This document shows positions 1 to 8,762 of a stretch of DNA of 64,000 nucleotides, piece by piece. Position 1 is the stretch's first letter. Each line of letters begins with the position of its first letter. The DNA is taken from the NCBI GenBank assembly GCA_963667785.2, contig CAXXMU010000006.1:960001-1024000 (forward strand). The letters are read 5' to 3'. Below the pieces are notes generated by a model that was not told the DNA's origin, did not search any database, and worked only from the letters and a program-made list of their open reading frames with translations. Made by a program: the position numbers and the translations under genes. This stretch comes from Alphaproteobacteria bacterium (GTDB taxonomy: Bacteria > Pseudomonadota > Alphaproteobacteria > UBA828).

Positions 1-358
1 ACCCAGCCCATCATCGATGGGTATACATGCCCGCAGGATCAGCCCTCTCCTTGATATCTGCTCTACCCCAATGAAACGCGAGCGCGTCGAACTCTAGGCG
101 CAGCGAAATTCGCTCCCTGCATTCTCAGTCGGCCGGATCTTGGTCGCCAGCCGGACAAGCCGTCGATCCTCCGCCGCCGCCGGTCCGGCGCATTCTACGA
201 CAACAGCCGTCCGCCGTGGCGCCGCGTCTGCGCCCTTCGCCATCGAGAGGGGAGTGCCGGCCGTGAGCGGGGCGGCGGTCGGGCGTCCGGGGGCCCTCGG
301 CTGGAGGAAGAGGAGAGCGAGAGAACGGGCGAGCCGTTCAGAGAGAGGGAGGGAATCC

Positions 359-700
359 ATGAGCGCCGTCATCAATCTCAGGCGCGAGCCGAAGCTGCGC
401 GAGGCGTTCGAATATGCGCAGGTCGTGAACAACACCGTGCTGATCGACCGCCGCACGCGGTGGGGCAATCCGTTTCGCGTCCCGGACGGGCTCTCGTATG
501 CCGAGGCGGTCGCCCGCTACCGCGTCCATCTCTGGCAGCGCATCCAGGCGGGCGAGGTGACGCTGCAAGACCTTGCCGCGCTGGACGGCTGCTGGCTGGC
601 GTGCCGGTGCGCCGGCGACGGCCATTCCTGCCACGGCGAGGTGCTCGAACGGGCGGCCGCCTGGGCGGCGAAGGTGCTGGCGGAGCGATCCCATGCGTGA
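359..700 (+). CDS. DUF4326 domain protein
   Basis: IDRRTRWGNPF and LACRC...CHGEVL motifs typical of DUF4326; ATG at 359 after GGGAGG. Confidence 0.8.
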   Translation: MSAVINLRREPKLREAFEYAQVVNNTVLIDRRTRWGNPFRVPDGLSYAEAVARYRVHLWQRIQAGEVTLQDLAALDGCWLACRCAGDGHSCHGEVLERAAAWAAKVLAERSHA

Positions 701-856
701 CGCGCCGTCGTGCCTCCCCTTCAACGCCGTGCCAGCCGAACCGGCGATGGGATCGGTGCAGGTGGAGAGAAATAGCCCGCTACGTGATCTTCCATTGTGC
801 CACGCGTGCTCGGGCCAGCAACCCTGCGGGTCCTCCGGTCGCTGCGCTCCCTGCGG

Positions 857-983
857 CCTGACCCAGGAAGCTCTAGGTGGGCGGACCGTGAAAGTTGCCG
901 ACCGTGAAGATCGCGGAGCGATCTTCCGCACCAAGATCGGCAACTTTCCGCACCAGCTCCGCCCTAGAGCTTCCAGGGCCAGG
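857..983. promoter_or_regulatory. Long nested hairpin, candidate ssDNA promoter or single-strand origin (Frpo/ssi-like)
   Basis: GGAAGCTCTAGG(866-877)/CCTAGAGCTTCC(963-974), GAAAGTTGCCGA/TCGGCAACTTTC and GAAGATCGC-GGA-GCGATCTTC nest into one stem upstream of the DUF2493 gene. Confidence 0.55.
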
Positions 984-1072
984 TGCTCGCCCTGTGCGCG
1001 CGTGACCCAACGGAACATCACTTCGGGGCGCAACGCTCCGATCGCTGCAACCCGATCATCAAGGAGATCGTC

Positions 1073-1889
1073 ATGACCTTCGACATCGACACCATCGAGA
1101 GCGCCGAGCAGTCCGTCACCGCGACCGTCTGCGAGAACGCGGCGCTGTTCGGCGCGGCGCCCGAGCGCGGCGAGTTCGACAGCCGCGAAATCTGGGACGC
1201 GGACGACGCTACCGACGCGGTGAGCGAGGCCTTCCGCATCCTGGCCGAGGGCGTCGCACCGGACGGGTTCCAGCTCGCCGACGAGCGCGAGAGCCTGCTG
1301 TGGGGCTTCGTCAACTGCCTCGACGCCCAGCCGCCTCGACCGCTCCGTCGACCGGCTCAGCCCGGAGCTGCGCGACCTGCAGAAGGCCCAGGACGGCACC
1401 GAGATCAAGTCGCGCGAGCTGGAGCTCGTCACCGACCGCGCCCGCAACCTCGGCGACCGCCGCGACGCCTTCGAGCGGATGCGCGACGCCGTGGCCGAGC
1501 AGTATCGCGAGGAGACCGGCGACACCTGGCGCCCGCGCCACGGCAGCCACGCCAGCCAGACCGGCAAGCTGACCTCGGCGGCCATCGACGCCCGTGACTT
1601 CATCCGCGCCCGCAAGGACCGCGCGACCATGGCGCACCTGCCGCAGGGCACCCTCGTCGCCATCGCCGGCGGCAAGGACGTCGCCGACCCAGCCGCGGTG
1701 ATCCGCATGCTCGACAAGACCCGCGCCAAGCATGGCGACATGGTGCTCGTCCACGGCGGCGGCCCCAGCGTCGAGAAGATCGCCGCGCGCTGGGCCGAGC
1801 GCAACGGCATCGACCAGGTCGTCTGCAAGCCGGACTGGGACCGCCACGGCCGCGCCGCCCCGTTCCGCCGCAACGACGAGCTGCTGACC
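1073..1889 (+). pseudogene. DUF2493 (SLOG/YspA-like) protein, frameshifted near 1330 and C-terminally truncated
   Basis: AAGGAG RBS and ATG 1073; LLWGFVN in frame 1, then RLDRSVDRL...MVLVHGGG...AARWA...KPDWDRHGRAAPFRRND in another frame. Confidence 0.75.
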
Positions 1890-2273
1890 ATGCGCGCCGT
1901 CAAAGGTCGCGACACCAAACCCGAGATGACGGTGCGGCGGCTCCTGCACCGTATGGGCTATCGGTACAGGCTGCACCGGAAGGACTTGCCGGGTAAGCCG
2001 GACATCGTGTTCGGCCCGCGTCGCAAGGTCATCTTCGTTCACGGATGTTTCTGGCACGGGCACTCCTGCAAGCGCGGGAGCCGTTTGCCGAAAACCAACG
2101 CCGAGTACTGGCGGGCGAAAATCGCTCGCAACGTCGAACGCCACACTGACCAGCTCGACGAATTGACTGCGACCGGATGGACGGGACTCACGTTGTGGGA
2201 GTGCGAGCTTGCCGACGTGGATGCGGTCGCCCGCCACCTGCGCGCTTTCCTCGACGAGACCGTCAGCCCGTAG
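1890..2273 (+). CDS. vsr: Very short patch repair (Vsr) endonuclease, in frame with the upstream DUF2493 remnant
   Basis: MRAVKGRDTKPE...LPGKPDIVF...IFVHGCFWHGH...YWRAKIARNVER...LWEC are Vsr hallmarks. Confidence 0.9.
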   Translation: MRAVKGRDTKPEMTVRRLLHRMGYRYRLHRKDLPGKPDIVFGPRRKVIFVHGCFWHGHSCKRGSRLPKTNAEYWRAKIARNVERHTDQLDELTATGWTGLTLWECELADVDAVARHLRAFLDETVSP

Positions 2274-2770
2274 TTCGTTGAGCGAGATCTACCGCCGACC
2301 CTTTCCGCAATCGGGCCGTCGTTCGCTGGCGTTCCTTGGGTGCCTCGCTCCGCTCACCGCCGCCCGCACGACCGACACCGCTCTTGCCGGGGCCATTGCC
2401 GACCTGGCCATCAGGACCGCCGGCACTGGACTCCGCACTACGCCGCGCACCGGCGCCCGCACGGGTGCGGGCCGTTCCGCCGATGCCGCCGGCAGCACGC
2501 TCGGCACAACCGCCCGCGTCTCCAACGGCGCCACCGACGCCGCCAGTGTCGAGGCCGCGTGCTCCCGTTCCCGCATTGTCTTGTTACCTCGCGCTTCCTA
2601 CACTGCCGCCCGGAAGCCGCGCGGCGGTTCGGGACCTGTTCCCGCAAGTGCGCGGCGGGCGCTGCCGCTCAAGCGCCGCTCGGGCTAAATGCCCGGCCTG
2701 CAACGGTTTGCAGTGCGCGGTCGCTTGGTTGGCCAGGAAGCGGGTTGACGACGCCCTGCGGCGTTTTCTT

Positions 2771-2996
2771 CACACACCCGACTCACCGCTGGTGAAAGGG
2801 GCGCATTCGTATCCTGAGGGGGGCCTCCCGGTGCCTCACGGCGCCAAACGGAGCCTGCTGGATGATGGGAACCCGTAGTGCGCATTGTGTTACGCCCAAG
2901 TCTCTGGAATCATTGCCTGTGTTTCTTCCGTGTTCGCTATGTATGCTCCAGAGCACCGCGCGCATTGCGCGCGCAATGCGAGCGCAATGCGCGCGG
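2771..2996 (-). promoter_or_regulatory. Candidate MOBF oriT; predicted nic between 2773 and 2774 on the minus strand, with adjacent inverted repeats
   Basis: Minus strand reads TCACC-AGC-GGTGA-GTCGGGTGT^GTG: hairpin plus 9 nt, as in R388/F-type nic sites; perfect 15-bp IR CCGCGCGCATTGCGC (2956-2970)/(2982-2996) upstream of the RHH gene. Confidence 0.55.
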
Positions 2997-3132
2997 AGAC
3001 GGAAAAAAACACGGTGTTGCTGCCCGCGGGCGGGTAGGGCAATGGACCAGGAAATGGCCCATGGCCATCCGAAACCGGCCGGCATTTCGCTCGCAGAAGA
3101 GTCGGTAGAGGGCGCGAACAGGGGAGGTAACG

Positions 3133-3477
3133 ATGGCGATCAGGAGCTTCCAGCGCTCGATTCGGTTCACGAAGAACGAATGGGATGCCGTGGTCGAGGC
3201 CGCCGAGAAGGCCGGAATCACGCCCGGCTCGTTCGTTCGCAAGGCCGCCGCGCGTGCCGCGGCCGACGATCTTTATCTTTACGGTGGCGGATTGACGCCC
3301 GAACTGGCCGACCTGATCCAGCGGACCCACCGGGGTGTCCACCTGCTCACGTACCTGAAGCGGGAGGAACTCGCCGGATCGGAGAGGGGAGCGCTCTTCG
3401 ACAGGGCCGCCGAAGACGCCCGCGCCACCCAGATCAAGGCGCTTGGCTCACCGGACACCAGTAGCAATTCACCATAG
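3133..3477 (+). CDS. Ribbon-helix-helix relaxosome accessory protein (TrwA/MobC-like)
   Basis: RSIRFTKNEWDAVVEAAEKAGITPGSFVRKAA RHH pattern; GGGAGG RBS; next to the candidate oriT. Confidence 0.65.
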   Translation: MAIRSFQRSIRFTKNEWDAVVEAAEKAGITPGSFVRKAAARAAADDLYLYGGGLTPELADLIQRTHRGVHLLTYLKREELAGSERGALFDRAAEDARATQIKALGSPDTSSNSP

Positions 3478-3512
3478 TCCCTGGCCTCGAAGAGCATCCG
3501 GGAGCGACAGTC

Positions 3513-4208
3513 ATGGAGACGGCCTTGCCCGACACGATCGATTACCTGCGGCGCCTCAACAGGAAGGAGCGCTTCCACTTGTTGCGCGAGGCGCTGGGTA
3601 AAATGACCTTCCGTCTGGACGAGGGCTTCCGCACCCGGCTCCAATCCTGCCTGAGCGGTTCTCCACGCGGCGCAGTGTCGGTTTCGCCTGACGCGTTCGT
3701 GGCAATGGATTACCATCTCGACTGGATCGGAATGGCGCTCCGTCTTGCCACCGACGAACCGGAACACGCCCGTCCCGACCGGTTCCCGCTCCACGATATT
3801 GCCAATGACGGGCTGGTATCGGGAACGCAGCAGGACGTGGACCTGCTCGTGGCGTTCCCGGATGGCGCGACGACGCACCTGGTCATGATCGAGGCCAAGG
3901 GCGATACGGACTGGCGCAACGACCAACTGGACAAGAAGGCTGGGAGACTGGACCGGATATTCTCTGAAGAACGTCCCTGGATGGAGTCGATCGCGCCCCA
4001 CTTCATCTTGATATCTCGGAAACGTCCGATGTCCCTCACGAAGAAAGGATGGCCTTTGTGGATGATGCCGAACGGCGAGCCCCTGTGGCTTCGTCTTTCG
4101 CTGCCTGAAGACCTCATCAAGGTCACCCGGCGCAATCCCGACCGGGACAGAAGACCCAAGAGCTACAGAAACCTGTCCGTCGACAGGATCGAACGGCGGA
4201 CCGGATAG
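3513..4208 (+). CDS. Putative PD-(D/E)XK nuclease-fold protein
   Basis: QDVDLLV...VMIEAK...DQL catalytic-type motif. Confidence 0.6.
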   Translation: METALPDTIDYLRRLNRKERFHLLREALGKMTFRLDEGFRTRLQSCLSGSPRGAVSVSPDAFVAMDYHLDWIGMALRLATDEPEHARPDRFPLHDIANDGLVSGTQQDVDLLVAFPDGATTHLVMIEAKGDTDWRNDQLDKKAGRLDRIFSEERPWMESIAPHFILISRKRPMSLTKKGWPLWMMPNGEPLWLRLSLPEDLIKVTRRNPDRDRRPKSYRNLSVDRIERRTG

Positions 4209-4333
4209 GGGTATCGTGCGGCGCATCGCAAGGCGGCGAAGCCGGATTCCATGAGACGGAGCGGGAGCCCGATGAATCTTTCGCGCCCGGACGTAGCGCG
4301 CATCCAAGGGGTTCCCAGCATGGGTTGGCCGGC

Positions 4334-5149
4334 ATGAAGAACCATTCCGAACAGGACGTGTCGGCTCACCGCACCGGCTTGTCGGGTTTTTTCGAAGGCC
4401 TCGCGATCAAGACGAATCTGGCGGCGAGCTCCCACACCAACGATTTGCAGCTTTTCTTCGCCGGTCTTCGCCCGGCTGTCCGTATAGCCCAGCGCGCGCA
4501 GACAGAGCTTGACCGGCGGGCCGCGACCCGCTTCTCGCTGTTCGATTTCTTCCACGAACGGGAAACGGATCTGTCGCGCGTATTCGGGAGTCTTCTCGAT
4601 CCAGCCGGGACGCACGGTCAGGTCGATACATTTGTTCGCCTGTTCCTCGACGAGGTCCGGGAGGTTCTCGACGGCGAAGTGCGTGAGCGTTTGCCGGCCG
4701 GGAATCTGCGTGACAGCCGGGTTGATCTCGAACACCACACGGATACGGGGCGAAGCATCGACATCGTCGTCAGGGTGCGCGGCGATACCTGGGTCGGGAT
4801 CGAGAACAAGCCGTGGGCTGGAGAACAGCCTGATCAGGTCAGCGACTACCTGAAGTACCTGCGGACCAGAGCCGGCCCGGAGACCGATCCAGACGCGTGG
4901 CTTGTCTATCTGAGCGGTGACGGCAAGCGGCCCGAGACCCTGCCAGACGACCCGAAGGATCGGATGCGGTGCCCGACCCTGCCCTACAGAGGCGCCGAGC
5001 GCGGTTCTCCATCGCTGGAGAATTGGGTGGAGAAATGCCGCACGGAATGCGAAGCGGAACGGGTTCGGTGGTTCCTGACGGATCTGCTCGAGTACATACG
5101 GAAGTGGTTCGAGCCCGCCGAGCCCACCGGGACGGGGGATCGATCGTGA
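4334..5149 (+). CDS. PD-(D/E)XK nuclease family protein (PDDEXK_4-like)
   Basis: ETDLSRVFGSLLDPAGTHG, RSIDIV...IENKPWAGEQPDQVSDY. Confidence 0.8.
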   Translation: MKNHSEQDVSAHRTGLSGFFEGLAIKTNLAASSHTNDLQLFFAGLRPAVRIAQRAQTELDRRAATRFSLFDFFHERETDLSRVFGSLLDPAGTHGQVDTFVRLFLDEVREVLDGEVRERLPAGNLRDSRVDLEHHTDTGRSIDIVVRVRGDTWVGIENKPWAGEQPDQVSDYLKYLRTRAGPETDPDAWLVYLSGDGKRPETLPDDPKDRMRCPTLPYRGAERGSPSLENWVEKCRTECEAERVRWFLTDLLEYIRKWFEPAEPTGTGDRS

Positions 5150-5709
5150 CTGAAGACGTCATTCTTGACGTGACAGCGGAATTCATACGGAGCAGCAAGA
5201 CGAACCTGAAGCTCGCCCTGCAGGTCGAAAGAGCGATGCCCCATGTGAGGGAACACCTCATCAAGGCCGCGCTGGAAGCCATCGAAGAATGCTTTCCGCG
5301 AACGGAGTGGACCATCGATCGCTCGAAAATGCAGGACGCGATGGCGAAACGAGCCAGCCTGATGCTCAGACGCGAGGGCTGGACAACGAATCAGAGCGAC
5401 GCCGCCATATGGCTGGGCACAAGTCAACCGTGCTGGAGGGACGTGTGGATCGGCCTCTATTTTGACGGACGATCTTCGCGGAAGGTACGGCACATCGAGC
5501 AGACCGTGGCACCTCTGACCAACAGAGGGTTTTGGTTCGAGGTCTCGGACGGTCAACCGGGCGTTTGGAAGAGCCTCGATGCAGAATTGCGAGACTGGAG
5601 CGGCGAGCGATTCCTCACAAGACTTCTCGAAGACGGACCCGGCCGTATCGCTTCGGAGATTTCCGCCGAACTGAAGATTATCGACGAATTCGTCGGATCG
5701 CTGGATTGA
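5146..5709 (+). CDS. Hypothetical protein, translationally coupled to the upstream nuclease
   Basis: GTGA start/stop overlap at 5146-5149; protein-like composition. Confidence 0.6.
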   Translation: MTEDVILDVTAEFIRSSKTNLKLALQVERAMPHVREHLIKAALEAIEECFPRTEWTIDRSKMQDAMAKRASLMLRREGWTTNQSDAAIWLGTSQPCWRDVWIGLYFDGRSSRKVRHIEQTVAPLTNRGFWFEVSDGQPGVWKSLDAELRDWSGERFLTRLLEDGPGRIASEISAELKIIDEFVGSLD

Positions 5710-5723
5710 TTTTCCTGCCTCGG

Positions 5724-8700
5724 TCATGCGCGGAAATCGAGCATCGCCGTTCGTCTGTCCCCGTGTTGCGTCACATCTCCATCTCGATGCCGCGCGATCC
5801 CCGGGACTTGTCCATCTCCGCAGTGCGTTCTTTGTTCTTGCGCTGGCGCCTTCTGTCGCCCGGGCTCGCGGGCCTTGTCTTGCGCCTCGTCCCGGGTTTC
5901 GGCAGGCCGCTCTAGCATGGCCTCCAGCCCGCGTCCGCGTTCCTTCTCGCGTCCGCGCAGCTTCTCTTCGGCGAGCGCCTTCTCCGCCGCGCCGATCCCT
6001 TCGAGCGCCGAGACCCGCTCGCCGGTCGCGGCCTCCAGGGTCTCCCGCAGTTCCCTCGCATCGTCGGTGACCAGCTCGGCATTGTGCCGCGCGCGGCTGA
6101 TCTCGACGTAGAAGCTCTTCTGCGTCGACAGTTTCGGGTGTTTCGCCTCCATCACCGCGATCACGTTGTCGACGGTGCGCCCCTGGAATGCATGCACGGT
6201 CGAGGCCCAGGTATGGTCGAGATGGCGCAGTTGCGGGTCGTTCTTTCCGAGCTCCAGCATCCGCCCGCCGCCGAGCCGGAAGGCGACGCGGTTTCCCCAC
6301 ACCGCCGCGACCTCCGCCGTGTCGCTGTTGACCAGCCCGAGGCCGGTATCGTTGCGGGTCCAGCGGATGCGGTCGCCGGCGCGAAGTTCCATGCTCTCCG
6401 TCCGGTAGACCTCGACCGCGCCGCGCTTCGCGCCGACCACGCGCAGCCGCCAGGGGATGGATTGTCCCTCCGGACCTTCCAGCGTCACCGTGCCGTTGCG
6501 ATGATCGATCCCGGAGACGCGCCGTTCGTCGCCTTTCTCGACACCGAGACTCTTGTAGTCCCGATGGAAGGCGACGACATCGCCGGGCGAATAGTTCCCC
6601 GCAACCATCTTCTCCGCACTGGTATAGCCGTGGGAGACCAGCCGCTCGGCCTCGAAGGCGGGGCCGCGGATGACGCCGTCGCGGGCGAGGCGCTCGCGGA
6701 TGTGGCCATTGATCTCGGTGCGCAGCGCATGGCTCGGCGCCATCAGCCCGGTGTTCTCCCGTTCTTGTGGGGAGAGCTTCAGCCAGCGCGCGGCGGCCGC
6801 GCCGGCGAGATTGTCGGGGTTGACCTCGGCGATACGGTCGCCGAGCTTGCCGAAGGCCTTGCCGATCTCGCCGGCAAGGCTCGCGCGCACCGCCTCTTTC
6901 AGTTCGGCGTCTTTCTGACGCAGGATCTCGTCCATCACCGCCGTTTTCATGCCGGCGGCCTGGAGCTGGGCGAAGGGCTTCCCGGCATCGACCGCGTCGA
7001 GCTGCTTCCGGTCGCCCACCAGCACCACGCGGGGAATGCGGATGGCGACGGCGATGCGGAGCAGATCCCGAGCCTGCACCGTCGAGGCAAGCGAGCCCTC
7101 GTCGACCACCAGCACGGTCTTGCGGAACGCGGCGCCCATTTCCCTGGCGCCCTTCCGGGTCAGCCGTCCTTCGGCGATGCCCGCGTTGCGGGCGAGAAAC
7201 CGTTGCAGGGTTTCGGTCTCGATCCCGGCTTCCGATGCAAGCGTGCGCGCCGCCGAAGCCGAGGGGGCGACGCCGATCGTGCGGTATCCGCTCTTCGCCG
7301 CGAGTTGTCGCGCACGGTCGAGCATGGTGGTCTTGCCGGTGCCGGCGTAGCCCTGCACGCCGACCACCCGGTCCTTCGAGGACAGGATTGTCTTCACCGC
7401 TTCCTTCTGGCCGACGGTGAGGCGGCCGTTGTGAAGCAGCGGCCCGGCGATCCAGCTCCGCATGACGGGACGCGCGGCGCCCCGGCCGCGTTCCATCAGC
7501 GCGACCGTCTCCTTCTCGTCAGCGACGGCCTTGTCTGTGGTGAGGGATTCGCCCAAAGCCGGCAGGCCGCATGCCTGCAGCGTCCCTTCCTTCTCCAGTC
7601 GCGCGACAGCGGCCTCGGCTTCTCCGATGGCCACCGATCCCGGCTTCCACGCCAGCGCGGCGGCGAGCAGGTCGGTCTTCGCGAACACCGCTTCGCGTTC
7701 GGAGAGGTGCGCCACCGCCCAGGCCATGGCCGCGTCTGCCGGGGATTGCGGCGGCGAGTCGAAGAGGTCCGCCTGGCGAACCGTCGCGGCATCGGGTTCA
7801 GCCCCCCGTCCGGCCGCATTGCTGTTGCGCGCACCTCGGCTCCGATCCGCCGCGTCGGCCGTCAGCGCTCGGGCGTCGAACCCGAGCCCGTCCGCCTGGC
7901 GCTGCCACATCTCCCGCAGTTCGGCACGGTCGACTTCGCGCTTCGCCGCCCGGGTCATCAGCGCCGCGCGCTGGGCGGCGCGCTGGTTCTCCGCCGGCGT
8001 CCCCAGGCCGCGTCCGTCCATCGCCGCCTCGATCCCGGCCCGGCGGGTGGAGAAGGCATCGACCACGTCGCGCGAAACGCCCGCGATCTCGAACCGCCCG
8101 TCGGCATGGGTCTTCTCGATGCTGTAACCGAGCGAGGTCAGTTCCCGCGCGAGCTCGCTCCGGTAGAGGGCGCCGATCAGCATCTTCGAGGAATACAGCT
8201 TCTCGTTGGCCATGGTGCGCCACTTGCCGTCTTCCCCCTGCACCATGTTGGCGATCACCGCGTGGGTGTGGAGCTGAGGATCGAGATTGCGCGAGGTCTC
8301 GTGGGTGAAGGTGGCGATCACCGCCTTCTGCTCCCCGGCACGGATCATCCGCCCGCCGTCTGGGTCCTTCATCCGGGTCTCGACGGCGCGCTCCTCGACC
8401 CAGGCGAGGGTCCGCTCCACCGCGCGCCCGTGAGCCTCGGCCACGCGGACGTCGCCGCCGACCAGCGCGGCCAGCGAGACGGATTTGGGGGCCGAAAGGG
8501 TCAGGTCGCGGCCCGGACGGTGGACGATTTCGCCGTCCTTGCCGGGGCAGCCGAGCTGCGGCCCGTCCGGCACCCGGCCCTCCAGGATCGCGGTGAAGGT
8601 GTCCGGATCGACCGGGCCGGAAAGGCCCAGCGCGTCTGCGCCCTTGCCGGCCCAGGCGCTGGCGGCGCGATGATCGGGATCGTCCTTGGCGTAATAGCCG

Positions 8701-8762
8701 TCTCGTTCATAGTAGGTGACGCCCTGGGACGGCGCGGCGATGGCCCCGATCGAGGCGACCAT
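5724..8762 (-). CDS. trwC: MOBF conjugative relaxase-helicase (TrwC/TraI-like)
   Basis: N-terminal YYERDGYY tyrosines, DLTLSAPKSVS, HETSRNLDPQLHTH (HUH motif), RecD-like helicase GYAGTGKT and STVHAFQGRT. Confidence 0.95.
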   Translation of the reverse strand: MVASIGAIAAPSQGVTYYERDGYYAKDDPDHRAASAWAGKGADALGLSGPVDPDTFTAILEGRVPDGPQLGCPGKDGEIVHRPGRDLTLSAPKSVSLAALVGGDVRVAEAHGRAVERTLAWVEERAVETRMKDPDGGRMIRAGEQKAVIATFTHETSRNLDPQLHTHAVIANMVQGEDGKWRTMANEKLYSSKMLIGALYRSELARELTSLGYSIEKTHADGRFEIAGVSRDVVDAFSTRRAGIEAAMDGRGLGTPAENQRAAQRAALMTRAAKREVDRAELREMWQRQADGLGFDARALTADAADRSRGARNSNAAGRGAEPDAATVRQADLFDSPPQSPADAAMAWAVAHLSEREAVFAKTDLLAAALAWKPGSVAIGEAEAAVARLEKEGTLQACGLPALGESLTTDKAVADEKETVALMERGRGAARPVMRSWIAGPLLHNGRLTVGQKEAVKTILSSKDRVVGVQGYAGTGKTTMLDRARQLAAKSGYRTIGVAPSASAARTLASEAGIETETLQRFLARNAGIAEGRLTRKGAREMGAAFRKTVLVVDEGSLASTVQARDLLRIAVAIRIPRVVLVGDRKQLDAVDAGKPFAQLQAAGMKTAVMDEILRQKDAELKEAVRASLAGEIGKAFGKLGDRIAEVNPDNLAGAAAARWLKLSPQERENTGLMAPSHALRTEINGHIRERLARDGVIRGPAFEAERLVSHGYTSAEKMVAGNYSPGDVVAFHRDYKSLGVEKGDERRVSGIDHRNGTVTLEGPEGQSIPWRLRVVGAKRGAVEVYRTESMELRAGDRIRWTRNDTGLGLVNSDTAEVAAVWGNRVAFRLGGGRMLELGKNDPQLRHLDHTWASTVHAFQGRTVDNVIAVMEAKHPKLSTQKSFYVEISRARHNAELVTDDARELRETLEAATGERVSALEGIGAAEKALAEEKLRGREKERGRGLEAMLERPAETRDEAQDKAREPGRQKAPAQEQRTHCGDGQVPGIARHRDGDVTQHGDRRTAMLDFRA

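Noticed and set aside
2289-2688. Overlapping low-complexity ORFs between vsr and the candidate oriT
   Set aside because: No convincing RBS, motif or preferred frame
2808-2894. Alternative nic-like motifs on the plus strand (TATCCTG and TGCGCATTGTGT)
   Set aside because: The first is MOBP-type while the relaxase is MOBF. The second lacks a good hairpin and would transfer the RHH gene first. The minus-strand site fits better
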